Below, piece by piece: positions 43,156 through 57,380 of a stretch of DNA of 64,000 nt. The notes beneath the pieces are model-generated. The model was not told the DNA's origin, did not search any database, and saw only the letters and a list, made by a program, of their open reading frames with translations. The stretch is from the human T2T-CHM13v2.0 reference genome, Homo sapiens. The stretch lies in NCBI RefSeq assembly GCF_009914755.1, contig NC_060948.1; one strand, given 5' to 3'. Each line of letters begins with the position of its first letter. Within the stretch, counting starts at the first letter, position 1. The translations under genes and the position numbers were made by a program.

Positions 43156-46100
43156 CCTGTCCATTACACTACATTCCCTTCCATTCCAATGAATTCCATT
43201 CCATTGCAATCCATTCCTTTCCTTTCGCTTGCATTCCATTCTATTCTATTCTACTGCATACAATTTCACTCCATTCGTTCCCATTCCATTCAATTCCATT
43301 CCATTCAATTCCATTCCATTTGTTTCCATTCTCTTCGATTCCATTTCTTTATATTCCATGCCATTCGATTCCATTCTATTGGATTGCATTACATTCGTGT
43401 TCATTCCATTCCAGACCATTCCATTTGACTCCATTCCTTTCGAGCCCTTTCAATTTGAGTCCATTCTTTTCCAGTCCATTTCATTCCAGTCCATTACTAT
43501 CCATTCCATACCGTTCCATCCCATTCCATTCCATTCCATTCCATTCCATTCCATTCCATTCCATTGCATTCCATTCCATTCCATTCCATTGCACTGCACT
43601 CCATTCCATTACATTCTACTCTATCTGAGTCGATTTTATTGCATTAGATTCTATTCCATTGGATTACTTTCCATTCGATTACATTCCATTCATGTACATT
43701 CCATTCCAGTCAATTACATTCGAGTTCATTACATTACATTCCAGTATATTCCATTGTATTCGATCCCATTCCTTTCAATTCCATTTCATTCGACTCCATT
43801 ATATTCCATTCCATTCCACTCGAATCCATTCCATTAGAGGACATTCCATTCCAATGCATTCCATTCCATTCCATAGCATTCCATTGCATTCGATTCCATT
43901 CCATTTGATGCCATTCCATTTGATTTCATTCCATGACATTCCATTCCATTCGAGTCCATTCCGTTCCAATTCATTCCATTCCGTTTCATGAAATTCGAGT
44001 CCTTTCCAGTACATTTCATTCCAATCCCATCCAATCCAATCTACTCCATTCAATTCCTTTCCATTCCATTTGATTTGATTCCATTGATTTGATTCCATTC
44101 AGTTTGATTCCATTCCGTGAAATTTCGTTCCATTCTATTCCATTGCATTACTTTCCATTCAATTCCATTCCATTTCATTTCAGTCCATTCGCTTCCTTTC
44201 CTTTCGATTCAATTCCATTTGATTCCACTCCATTCTATGCGATTTCATTCCAATCGATTCAATTCCATTCGATGACATTCCTTTCGTTTCCATTCCATTC
44301 GAGTCCATTCAATTTGAGCATTCGTGTCCATTCTATTCGAGTCCATTCCATTACCGTCTATTCTATTCCCTTCCATTCCTGTTGATTCAATTTCATTCCC
44401 TTCCATTCGATTCCTTTCCATTCGATTCCATTCCTTTCCATTCCATTCCATTCGTTCCCATTCCATGTGATTTCATTCCATTCCAGTCCATTATATTCGA
44501 GTCCACTCCACTCCATTCTATTACATTCAATTCCTTTTGAGTCCGTTCCATAACACTCCATTCATTTCGATTCCATTTCTTGCCAGTTTTCTTCCATTTT
44601 ATTCCATTCCGTTCGATTCCATTCCATTCGATTGCATTCCATTCGAATCCTTTCCATTCCATTTCATTCCATTCCTTTCTATTCCATTCCATTTCATTCG
44701 ATTTGATTCCATTCTGTTCTATTCCATTCAATTCTTTTTCATTCCATTCGAATCCTTTCTATTGCAGTCCATTCCATTCGAGTCCATTCCAATCCCTTCC
44801 ATTCCATTCCATTACAGTCCATTCCAATAGATTCCATTCCTTTGCCTTCCATTCGAATCCATTCCATTCTAGTCCATTCCATTTGAGTCAATTCCATTCC
44901 ATTCCATTCTATTCCTTTCCAATCCATTCGATTCCATTCGATTCAATTCCATTTGATTCTCTTTCATTCTATTTTATTCCATGCCATTTGATTGCATTGC
45001 ATTCCATTCCGTTTGATTCCAATCCATCCAAGAAAGTTCCATTCCAGTCCATTGCTTTCCAGTCCATTCCATTCCACTCTAGTCTATTCCACTCCATTCC
45101 TTTCCATTCCATTCCATACTATTCCATTCCATTCCTTTGCATTCCGTTTCCAATCTATTCGAGTCCATTGCATTCCAGTCCAATCCATTCGATTACATTC
45201 CTTTTGATTCCCTGCCAGTCGATTGCATTGCATACTACACCATTCCAAAGGAGTCCATTCCATTCTATCTCAACACTTTCCATTCCACTTTGTTCGAGTC
45301 CAGTCCATTTAATTCAAGGGCATACCATTCCATTCCATTCCATTCCATTTCATATTATTCCATTCCATTCAATTCCATTCCAGATGATTCCATTCCATTC
45401 TATAACATTGCTCTCTGTTCCATTCCATTCCATCTGTCTCCATTCCTTCCGTTTCGATTCCTTTCCATTCCATTCTATTACATTTGATCCTATTTTATTA
45501 AATTGCATTCTATTCGAGTGATTTCCATTCGAGTCCTTTCCATTCGATTCCATTCCATTCTATTCCATTCCTTTGGATTCCATTCCATTCCGTTCCGTTC
45601 ACATCAATTCCTTGCGATTCCATTACATTCGATTTCTTGCCATTCGATTCCATTCCTTTTGACTCCATTTCATTCGATTCCATTCCATCCCATTAATTTC
45701 CATTCCATTCGAGACCTTTCCATTGCAGTCTTTTCCCTTCGAGTCCATTCCGTTCGATTCCCTTCCATTCGATTCCATTCCATTGGAGTCCGTACCAGTC
45801 GAGTCCATTCTATTCCAGTCCATTAGTTTCGACTCCATTGTATTCGAGTGCATTCCATTCCGTGGCTGTCCATTCCATTCCGTTTGATGCCATTCCATAC
45901 GATTCCATTCAATTCGAGACCATTCTATTCCTGTCCATTCCTTGTGGTTTGATTCCATTTCACTCTAGTCCATTCCATTCCATTCAATTCCATTCGACTC
46001 TATTCCGTTCCATTCAATTCCATTCCTTTCGATTCCATTTTTTTCGAGAACCTTCCATTACACTCCCTTCCATTCCAGTGCATTCCATTCCAGTCTCTTC

Positions 46101-46708
46101 AGTTCGATTCCATTCCATTCGTTTCGATTCCTTTCCATTCCAGCCCATTCTATTCCATTCCATTCTTTCCTTTCCGTTTCATTAGATTCCATTGCATTCG
46201 ATTCCATTCAATTCAATTCCGTGCTATTCAATTTGATTCATTTCCATTTAATTCCATTCCATTAGAATCCATTCCGTTCGATTCCATTCCTTTCGAATCC
46301 ATTCCATTGGAGTCCATTCACTTCCAGAACATTCCATTCCAGTCGAATCCATTCGAGTACATTCCATTAATGTTCATTACATTCTAATACATTCCATTCC
46401 ATTGCATTCCATTCCATTCCATTCGATGCCATTCGATTCCATTCCATGCCAAATCATTGCATTCCTTTCCATTCCGTTCCTATCAATTCCATTCCATTCG
46501 ATTTAGTTCGATTCTATTCACTTCCATTCCATTCGATTCCATTCCATTGGAGTCAATTCCTTTCGACACCCAGCCTTTCCAGTCAATGATTTTGGATTCC
46601 ATTTTTTTGCATTCCATTACATTCTATGACATTCGATTCCGTTTCATTGCATTCCATTCCATACATTTTTATTCCATTCGAGACCGTAGCATTCCACTTT
46701 ATTCCAGG
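43156..46708 (+). repeat. DYZ1 unit U13, 3553 bp
   Basis: GGCC 43154 to 46707; 1-bp deletion at ~46165. Confidence 0.92.
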
Positions 46709-49700
46709 CCTGTCCCTTACAATACATTCCCTTCCATTCCAATGAATTCCATTCCATTCCAATCCATTCCTTTCCTTTCGCTTGCATTCCATTCTATTCC
46801 CTTCTACTGCATACAATTTCACTCCATTCGTTCCCATTCCATTCAATTCCATTCCATTCAATTCCATTCCATTTGTTTCCATTCTCTTCGATTCCATTTC
46901 TTTATATTCCATGCCATTCGATTCCATTCTATTGGATTGCATTACATTCGTGTTCATTCCATTCCAGACCATTCCATTTGACTCCATTCCTTTCGAGCCC
47001 TTTCAATTTGAGTCCATTCCTTTCCAGTCCATTTCACTCCAGTCCATTACTATCCATTCCATACCATTCCATCCCATTCCATTCCATTCCATTCCATTCC
47101 ATTCCATTCCATTCCATTCCATTGCATTCCATTCCATTCCATTCCATTGCACTGCACTCCATTCCATTACATTCTACTCTATCTGAGTCGATTTTATTGC
47201 ATTAGATTCTATTCCATTGGATTACTTTCCATTCGATTACATTCCATTCATGTACATTCCATTCCAGTCAATTACATTCGAGTTCATTACATTACATTCC
47301 AGTATATTCCATTGTATTCGATCCCATTCCTTTCAATTCCATTTCATTCGACTCCATTATATTCGATTCCATTCCACTCGAATGCATTCCATTAGAGGAC
47401 ATTCCATTCCAATGCATTCCATTCCATTCCATAGCATTCCATTGCATTCGATTCCATTCCATTTGATGCCATTCCATTTGATGCCATTCTATGACATTCC
47501 ATTCCATTCGAGTCCATTCCGTTCCAATTCATTCCATTCCGTTTCATGAAATTCGAGTCCTTTCCAGTACATTTCATTCCAATCCCATCCAATCCAATCT
47601 ACTCCATTCCATTTGATTGGATTCCATTGATTTGATTCCATTCAGTTTGATTCCATTCCGTGAAATTTCGTTCCATTCTATTCCATTGCATTACTTTCCA
47701 TTCAATTCCATTCCATTTCATTTCAGTCCATTCGCTTCCTTTCCTTTCGATTCAATTCCATTTGATTCCACTCCATTCTATGTGATTTCATTCCAATCGA
47801 TTCAATTCCATTCCATGACATTCCTTTCGTTTCCATTCCATTCGAGTCCATTCAATTTGAGCATTCTTGTCCATTCTATTCGAGTCCATTCCATTACCGT
47901 CTATTCTATTCCCTTCCATTCCTGTTGATTCAATTTCATTCCCTTCCATTCGATTCCTTTCCATTCGATTCCATTCCTTTCCATTCCATTCCATTCGTTC
48001 CCATTCCATGTGATTTCATTCCATTCCAGTCCATTATATTCGAGTCCACTCCACTCCATTCTATTACATTCAATTCCTTTTGAGTCCGTTCCATAACACT
48101 CCATTCATTTCGATTCCATTTCTTGCCAGTTTTCTTCCATTTTATTCCATTCCGTTCGATTCCATTCCATTCGATTGCATTCCATTCGAATCCTTTCCAT
48201 TCCATTTCATTCCATTCCTTTCTATTCCATTCCATTTCATTCGATTTGATTCCATTCTGTTCTATTCCATTCAATTCTTTTTCATTCCATTCGAATCCTT
48301 TCTATTGCAGTCCATTCCATTCGAGTCCATTCCAATCCCTTCCATTCCATTCCATTACAGTCCATTCCAATAGATTCCATTCCTTTGCCTTCCATTCGAA
48401 TCCATTCCATTCTAGTCCATTCCATTCCATTCCATTCTATTCCTTTCCAATCCATTCGATTCCATTCGATTCAATTCCATTTGATTCTCTTTCATTCTAT
48501 TTTATTCCATGCCATTTGATTGCATTGCATTCCATTCCGTTTGATTCCAGTCCATTCAAGAAAGTTCCATTCCAGTCCATTGCTTTCCAGTCCATTCCAT
48601 TCCACTCTAGTCTATTCCACTCCATTCCTTTCCATTCCATTCCATACTATTCCATTCCATTCCTTTGCATTCCGTTTGCAATCTATTCGAGTCCATTGCA
48701 TTCCAGTCCAATCCATTCGATTACATTCCTTTTGATTCCCTGCCAGTCGATTGCATTGCATACTACACCATTCCAAAGGAGTCCATTCCATTCTATCTCA
48801 ACACTTTCCATTCCACTCTGTTCGAGTCCATTCCATTCCAGTCCATTTAATTCAAGGGCATTCCATTCCATTCCATTCCATTCCATTTCATATTATTCCA
48901 TTCCATTCAATTCCATTCCAGATGATTCCATTCCATTCTATACCATTGCTCTCTGTTCCATTCCATTCCATCTGTCTCCATTCCTTTCGTTTCGATTCCT
49001 TTCCATTCCATTCCATTACATTTGATCCTATTTTATTAAATTGCATTCTATTCGAGTGATTTCCATTCGAGTCCTTTCCATTCGATTCCATTCCATTCTA
49101 TTCCATTCCTTTGGATTCCATTCCATTCCGTTCCGTTCACATCAATTCCTTGCGATTCCATTACATTCGATTTCTTGCCATTCGATTCCATTCCTTTTGA
49201 CTCCATTTCATTCGATTCCATTCCATTCCATTAATTTCCATTCCATTCGAGACCTTTCCATTGCAGTCTTTTCCCTTCGAGTCCATTCCGTTCGATTCCC
49301 TTCCATTCGATTCCATTCCATTGGAGTCCGTACCAGTCGAGTCCATTCTATTCCAGTCCATTAGTTTCGACTCCATTGCATTCGAGTGCATTCCATTCCG
49401 TGGCTGTCCATTCCATTCCGTTTGATGCCATTCCATACGATTCCATTCAATTCGAGACCATTCTATTCCTCTCCATTCCTTGTGGTTCGATTCCATTTCA
49501 CTCTAGTCCATTCCATTCCATTCAATTCCATTCGACTCTATTCCGTTCCATTCAATTCCATTCCATTCGATTCCATTTTTTTCGAGAACCTTCCATTACA
49601 CTCCCTTCCATTCCAGTGCATTCCATTCCAGTCTCTTCAGTTCGATTCCATTCCATTCGTTTCGATTCCTTTCCATTCCAGCCCATTCCATTCCATTCCA

Positions 49701-50247
49701 TTCCTTTCCTTTCCGTTTCATTAGATTCCATTGCATTCCATTCCATTCAATTCAATTCCGTGCTATTCAATTTGATTCATTTCCATTTAATTCCATTCCA
49801 TTAGATTCCATTCCTTACGATTCCATTCCTTTTGAATCCATTCCATTGGAGTCCATTCACTTCCAGAACATTCCATTCCAGTCGAATCCATTCGAGTACA
49901 TTCCATTAAAGTTAATTACATTCTAATACATTCCATTCCATTGCATTCCATTCCATTCCATTCAATGCCATTCGATTCCATTCCATGCCAAATCATTGCA
50001 TTCCTTTCCATCCCGTTCCTATCAATTCCATTCCATTCGATTTAGTTCGATTCTATTCACTTCCATTCCATTCGATTCCATTCCATTGGAGTCAATTCCT
50101 TTCGACACCCAGCCTTTCCAGTCAATGATTTTGGATTCCATTTTTTTGCATTCCATTACATTCTATGACATTCGATTCCGTTTCATTGCATTCCATTCCA
50201 TACATTTTTATTCCATTCGAGACCGTAGCATTCCACTTTATTCCAGG
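46709..50247 (+). repeat. DYZ1 unit U14, 3539 bp (shortest)
   Basis: GGCC 46707 to 50246; two 15-bp deletions (~47605, ~48425). Confidence 0.92.
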
Positions 50248-53200
50248 CCTGTCCATTACACTACATTCCCTTCCATTCCAATGAATTCCATTCCATTGCA
50301 ATCCATTCCTTTCCTTTCGCTTGCATTCCATTCTATTCTCTTCTACTGCATACAATTTCACTCCATTCGTTCCCATTCCATTCAATTCCATTCCATTCAA
50401 TTCCATTCCATTTGTTTCCATTCTCTTCGATTCCATTTCTTTATATTCCATGCCATTCGATTCCATTCTATTGGATTGCATTATATTCGTGTTCATTCCA
50501 TTCCAGACCATTCCATTTGACTCCATTCCTTTCGAGCCCTTTCAATTTGAGTCCATTCTTTTCCAGTCCATTTCATTCCAGTCCATTACTATCCATTCCA
50601 TACCGTTCCATCCCATTCCATTCCATTCCATTCCATTCCATTCCATTCCATTGCATTCCATTCCATTCCATTCCATTGCACTGCACTCCATTCCATTACA
50701 TTCTACTCTATCTGAGTCGATTTTATTGCATTAGATTCTATTCCATTGGATTACTTTCCATTCGATTACATTCCATTCATGTACATTCCATTCCAGTCAA
50801 TTACATTCGAGTTCATTACATTACATTCCAGTATATTCCATTCTATTCGATCCCATTCCTTTCAATTCCATTTCATTCGACTCCATTATATTCGATTCCA
50901 TTCCACTCGAATCCATTCCATTAGAGGACATTCCATTCCAATGCATTCCATTCCATTCCATAGCATTCCATTGCATTCGATTCCATTCCATTTGATGCCA
51001 TTCCATTTGATGCCATCCCATGACATTCCATTCCATTCGAGTCCATTCCGTTCCAATTCATTCCATTCCGTTTCATGAAATTCGAGTCCTTTCCAGTACA
51101 TTTCATTCCAATCCCATCCAATCCCATCTACTCCATTCAATTCCTTTCCATTCCATTTGATTTGATTCCATTGATTTGATTCCATTCAGTTTGATTCCAT
51201 TCCGTGAAATTTCGTTCCATTCTATTCCATTGCATTACTTTCTATTCAATTCCATTCCATTTCATTTCAGTCCATTCGCTTCTTTTCCTTTCGATTCAAT
51301 TCCATTTGATTCCACTCCATTCTATGCGATTTCATTCCAATCGATTCAATTCCATTCGATGACATTCCTTTCGTTTCCATTCCATTCGTGTCCATTTAAT
51401 TTGAGCATTCGTGTCCATTCTATTCGAGTCCATTCCATTACAGTCTATTCTATTCCCTTCCATTCCTGTTGATTCAATTTCATTCCCTTCCATTCGATTC
51501 CTTTCCATTCGATTCCATTCCTTTCCATTCCATTCCATTCGTTCCCATTCCATGTGATTTCATTCAATTCCAGTCCATTATATTCGAGTCCACTCCACTA
51601 CATTCTATTACATTCAATTCCTTTTGAGTCCGTTCCATAACACTCCATTCATTTCGATTCCATTTCTTGCCAGTTTTCTTCCATTTTATTCCATTCTGTT
51701 CGATTCCATTCCATTCAATTGCATTCCATTCGAATCCTTTCCATTCCATTTCATTCCATTCCTTTCTATTCCATTCCATTTCATTCGATTTGATTCCATT
51801 CTGTTCTATTCCATTCAATTCTTTTTCATTCCATTCGAATCCTTTCTATTGCAGTCCATTCCATTCGAGTCCATTCCAATCCCTTCCATTCCATTCCATT
51901 ACAGTCCATTCCAATAGATTCCATTCCTTTGCCTTACATTCGAATCCATTCCATTCTAGTCCATTCCATTTGAGTCAATTCCATTCCATTCCATTCTATT
52001 CCTTTCCAATCCATTCGATTCCATTCGATTCAATTCCATTTGATTCTCTTTCATTCTATTTTATTCCATGCCATTTGATTGCATTGCATTCCATTCCGTT
52101 TGATTCCAGTCCATCCAAGAAAGTTCCATTCCAGTCCATTGCTTTCCAGTCCATTCCATTCCACTCTAGTCTATTCCACTCCATTCCCTTCCATTGCATT
52201 CCATACTATTCCATTCTATTCCTTTGCATTCCGTTTCCAATCTATTCGAGTCCATTGCATTCCAGTCCAATCCATTCGATTACATTCCTTTTGATTCCCT
52301 GCCAGTCGATTGCATTGCATACTACACCATTCCAAAGCAGTTCATTCCATTCTATCTCCACACTTTCCATTCCACTCTGTTTGAGTCCATTCCATTCCAG
52401 TCCATTTAATTCAAGGGCATTCCATTCCATTCCATTCCATTCCATTTCATATTATTCCATTCCATTCAATTCCATTCCAGATGATTCCATTCCATTCTAT
52501 ACCATTGCTCTCTGTTCCATTCCATTCCATCTGTCTCCATTCCTTTCGTTTCGATTCCTTTCCATTCCATTCCATTACATTTGATCCTATTTTATTAAAT
52601 TGCATTCTATTCGAGTGATTTCCATTGGAGTCCTTTCCATTCGATTCCATTCCATTCTATTCCATTCCTTTGGATTCCATTCCATTCCGTTCCGTTCACA
52701 TCAATTCCTGGCGATTCCATTACATTCGATTTCTTGCCATTCGATTCCATTCCTTTTGACTCCATTTCATTCGATTCCATTCCATTCCATTAATTTCCAT
52801 TCCATTCGAGACCTTTCCATTGCAGTCTTTTCCCTTCGAGTCCATTCCGTTCGATTCCCTTCCGTTCGATTCCCTTCCATTCGATTCCATTCCATTGGAG
52901 TCCGTACCAGTCGAGTCCATTCTATTCCAGTCCATTAGTTTCGACTCCATTGCATTCGAGTGCATTCCATTCTGTGGCTGTCCATTCCATTCCGTTTGAT
53001 GCCATTCCATACGATTCCATTCAATTCGAGACCATTCTATTCCTGTCCATTCCTTGTGGTTCGATTCCATTTCACTCTAGTCCATTCCATTCCATTCAAT
53101 TCCATTCGACTCTATTCCTTTCCATTCAATTCCATTCCATTCGATTCCATTTTTTTCGAGAACCTTCCATTACACTCCCTTCCATTCCAGTGCATTCCAT

Positions 53201-53821
53201 TCCAGTCTCTTCAGTTCGATTCCATTCCATTCGTTTCGATTCCTTTCCATTCCAGCCCATTCCATTCCATTCCATTCCATTCCATTCCGTTTCATTAGAT
53301 TCCATTGCATTCCATTCCATTCAATTCAATTCCGTGCTATTCAATTTGATTCATTTCCATTTAATTCCATTCCATTAGATTCCATTCCGTACGATTCCAT
53401 TCCTTTTGAATCCATTCCATTGGAGTCCATTCACTTCCAGAACATTCCATTCCAGTCGAATCCATTCGAGTACATTCCATTAATGTTCATTACATTCTAA
53501 TACATTCCATTCCATTGCATTCCATTCCATTCCATTCGATGCCATTCGATTCGATTCCATGCCAAATCATTGCATTCCTTTCCATTCCGTTCCTATCAAT
53601 TCCATTCCATTCGATTTAGTTCGATTCTATTCACTTCCATTCCATTCGATTCCATTCCATTGGAGTCAATTCCTTTCGACACCCAGCCTTTCCAGTCAAT
53701 GATTTTGGATTCCATTTTTTTGCATTCCATTACATTCTATGACATTCGATTCCGTTTCATTGCATTCCATTCCATACATTTTTATTCCATTCGAGACCGT
53801 AGCATTCCACTTTATTCCAGG
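50248..53821 (+). repeat. DYZ1 unit U15, 3574 bp
   Basis: GGCC 50246 to 53820; 15-bp duplication at 52848-52877. Confidence 0.92.
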
Positions 53822-56800
53822 CCTGTCCATTACACTACATTCCCTTCCATTCCAATGAATTCCATTCCATTCCAATCCATTCCTTTCCTTTCGCTTGCAT
53901 TCCATTCTATTCTCTTCTACTGCATACAATTTCACTCCATTCGTTCCCATTCCATTCAATTCCATTCCATTCAATTCCATTCCATTTGTTTCCATTCTCT
54001 TCGATTCCATTTCTTTATATTCCATGCCATTCGATTCCATTCTATTGGGTTGCATTACATTCGTGATCATTCCATTCCAGACCATTCCATTTGACTCCAT
54101 TCCTTTCGAGCCCTTTCAATTTGAGTCCATTCCTTTCCAGTCCATTTCACTCCAGTCCATTACTATCCATTCCATACCATTCCATCCCATTCCATTCCAT
54201 TCCATTCCATTCCATTCCATTCCATTCCATTCCATTGCATTCCATTCCATTCCATTCCATTGCACTGCACTCCATTCCATTACATTCTACTCTATCTGAG
54301 TCGATTTTATTGTATTAGATTCTATTCCATTGGATTACTTTCCATTCGATTACATTCCATTCATGTACATTCCATTCCAGTCAATTACATTCGAGTTCAT
54401 TACGTTACATTCCAGTATATTCCATTGTATTCGATCCCATTCCTTTCAATTCCATTTCATTCGACTCCATTATATTCAATTCCATTCCACTCGAATCCAT
54501 TCCATTAGAGGACATTCCATTCCAATGCATTCCATTCCATTCCATAGCATTCCATTGCATTCGATTCCATTCCATTTGATGCCATTCCATTTGATGCCAT
54601 CCCATGACATTCCATTCCATTCGAGTCCATTCCGTTCCAATTCATTCCATTCCGTTTCATGAAATTCGAGTCCTTTCCAGTACATTTCATTCCAATCCCA
54701 TCCAATCCCATCTACTCCATTCAATTCCTTTCCATTCCATTTGATTTGATTCCATTGATTTGATTCCATTCAGTTTGATTCCATTCCGTGAAATTTCGTT
54801 CCATTCTATTCCATTGCATTACTTTCCATTCAATTCCATTCCATTTCATTTCAGTCCATTCGCTTCCTTTCCTTTCGATTCAATTCCATTTGATTCCACT
54901 CCATTCTATGCGATTTCATTCCAATCGATTCAATTCCATTCGATGACATTCCTTTCGTTTCCATTCCATTCGAGTCCATTTAATTTGAGCATTCGTGTCC
55001 ATTCTATTCGAGTCCATTCCATTACAGTCTATTCTATTCCCTTCCATTCCTGTTGATTCAATTTCATTCCCTTCCATTCGATTCCTTTCCATTCGATTCC
55101 ATTCCTTCCCATTCCATTCCATTCGTTCCCATTCCATGTGATTTCATTCCATTCCAGTCCATTATATTCGAGTCCACTCCACTCCATTCTATTACATTCA
55201 ATTCCTTTTGAGTCCGTTCCATAACACTCCATTCATTTCGATTCCATTTCTTGCCAGTTTTCTTCCATTTTATTCCATTCCGTTCGATTCCATTCCATTC
55301 GATTGCATTCCATTCGAATCCTTTCCATTCCATTTCATTCCATTCCTTTCTATTCCATTCCATTTCATTCGATTTGATTCCATTCTGTTCTATTCCATTC
55401 AATTCTTTTTCATTCCATTCGAATCCTTTCTATTGCAGTCCATTCCATTCGAGTCCATTCCAATCCCTTCCATTCCATTCCATTACAGTCCATTCCACTA
55501 GATTCCATTCCTTTGCCTTCCATTCGAATCCATTCCATTCTAGTCCATTCCATTTGAGTCAATTCCATTCCATTCCATTCTATTCCTTTCCAATCCATTC
55601 GATTCCATTCGATTCAATTCCATTTGATTCTCTTTCATTCTATTTTATTCCATGCCATTTGATTGCATTGCATTCCATTCCGTTTGATTCCAATCCATCC
55701 AAGAAAGTTCCATTCCAGTCCATTGCTTTCCAGTCCATTCCATTCCACTCTAGTCTATTCCACTCCATTCCTTTCCATTCCATTCCATACTATTCCATTC
55801 CATTCCTTTGCATTCCGTTTCCAATCTATTCGAGTCCATTGCATTCCAGTCCAATCCATTCGATTACATTCCTTTTGATTCCCTGCCAGTCGATTGCATT
55901 GCATACTACACCATTCCAAAGGAGTCCATTCCATTCTATCTCAACACTTTCCATTCCACTCTGTTCGAGTCCAGTCCATTTAATTCAAGGGCATTCCATT
56001 CCATTCCATTCCATTCCATTTCATATTATTCCATTCCATTCAATTCCATTCCAGATGATTCCATTCCATTCTATACCATTGCTCTCTGTTCCATTCCATT
56101 CCATCTGTCTCCATTCCTTCCGTTTCGATTCCTTTCCATTCCATTCTATTACATTTGATCCTATTTTATTAAATTGCATTCTATTCGAGTGATTTCCATT
56201 CGAGTCCTTTCCATTCGATTCCATTCCATTCTATTCCATTCCTTTGGATTCCATTCCATTCCGTTCCGTTCACATCAATTCCTTGCGATTCCATTACATT
56301 CGATTTCTTGCCATTCGATTCCATTCCTTTTGACTCCATTTCATTCGATTCCATTCCATCCCATTAATTTCCATTCCATTCGAGACCTTTCCATTGCAGT
56401 CTTTTCCCTTCGAGTCCATTCCGTTCGATTCCCTTCCATTCGATTCCATTCCATTGGAGTCCGTACCAGTCGAGTCCATTCTATTCCAGTCCATTAGTTT
56501 CGACTCCATTGCATTCGAGTGCATTCCATTCCGTGGCTGTCCATTCCATTCCGTTTGATGCCATTCCATACGATTCCATTCAATTCGAGACCATTCTATT
56601 CCTGTCCATTCCTTGTGGTTCGATTCCATTTCACTCTAGTCCATTCCATTCCATTCAATTCCATTCGACTCTATTCCGTTCCATTCAATTCCATTCCATT
56701 CGATTCCATTTTTTTCGAGAGCCTTCCATTACACTCCCTTCCATTCCAGTGCATTCCATTCCAGTCTCTTCAGTTCGATTCCATTCCATTCGTTTCGATT

Positions 56801-57380
56801 CCTTTCCATTCCAGCCCATTCGATTCCATTCCATTCCTTTCCTTTCCGTTTCATTAGATTCCATTGCATTCCATTCCATTCAATTCAATTCCGTGCTATT
56901 CAATTTGATTCATTTCCATTTAATTCCATTCTATTAGATTCCATTCCGTACGATTCCATTCCTTTGGAATCCATTACATTGGAGTCCATTCACTTCCAGA
57001 ACATTCCATTCCAGTCGAATCCATTCGAGTACATTCCATTAAAGTTCATTACATTCTAAGACATTCCATTCCATTGCATTCCATTCCATTCCATTCGATG
57101 CCATTCGATTCCATTCCATGCCAAATCATTGCATTCCTTTCCATTCCGTTCCTATCAATTCCATTCCATTCGATTTAGTTCGCTTCTATTCACTTCCATT
57201 CCATTCGATTCCATTCCATTGGAGTCAATTCCTTTCGACACCCAGCCTTTCCAGTCAATGATTTTGGATTCCATTTTTTTGCATTCCATTACATTCTATG
57301 ACATTCGATTCCGTTTCATTGCATTCCATTCCATACATTTTTATTCCATTCGAGACCGTAGCATTCCACTTTATTCCAGG
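53822..57380 (+). repeat. DYZ1 unit U16, 3559 bp
   Basis: GGCC 53820 to 57379. Confidence 0.92.
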
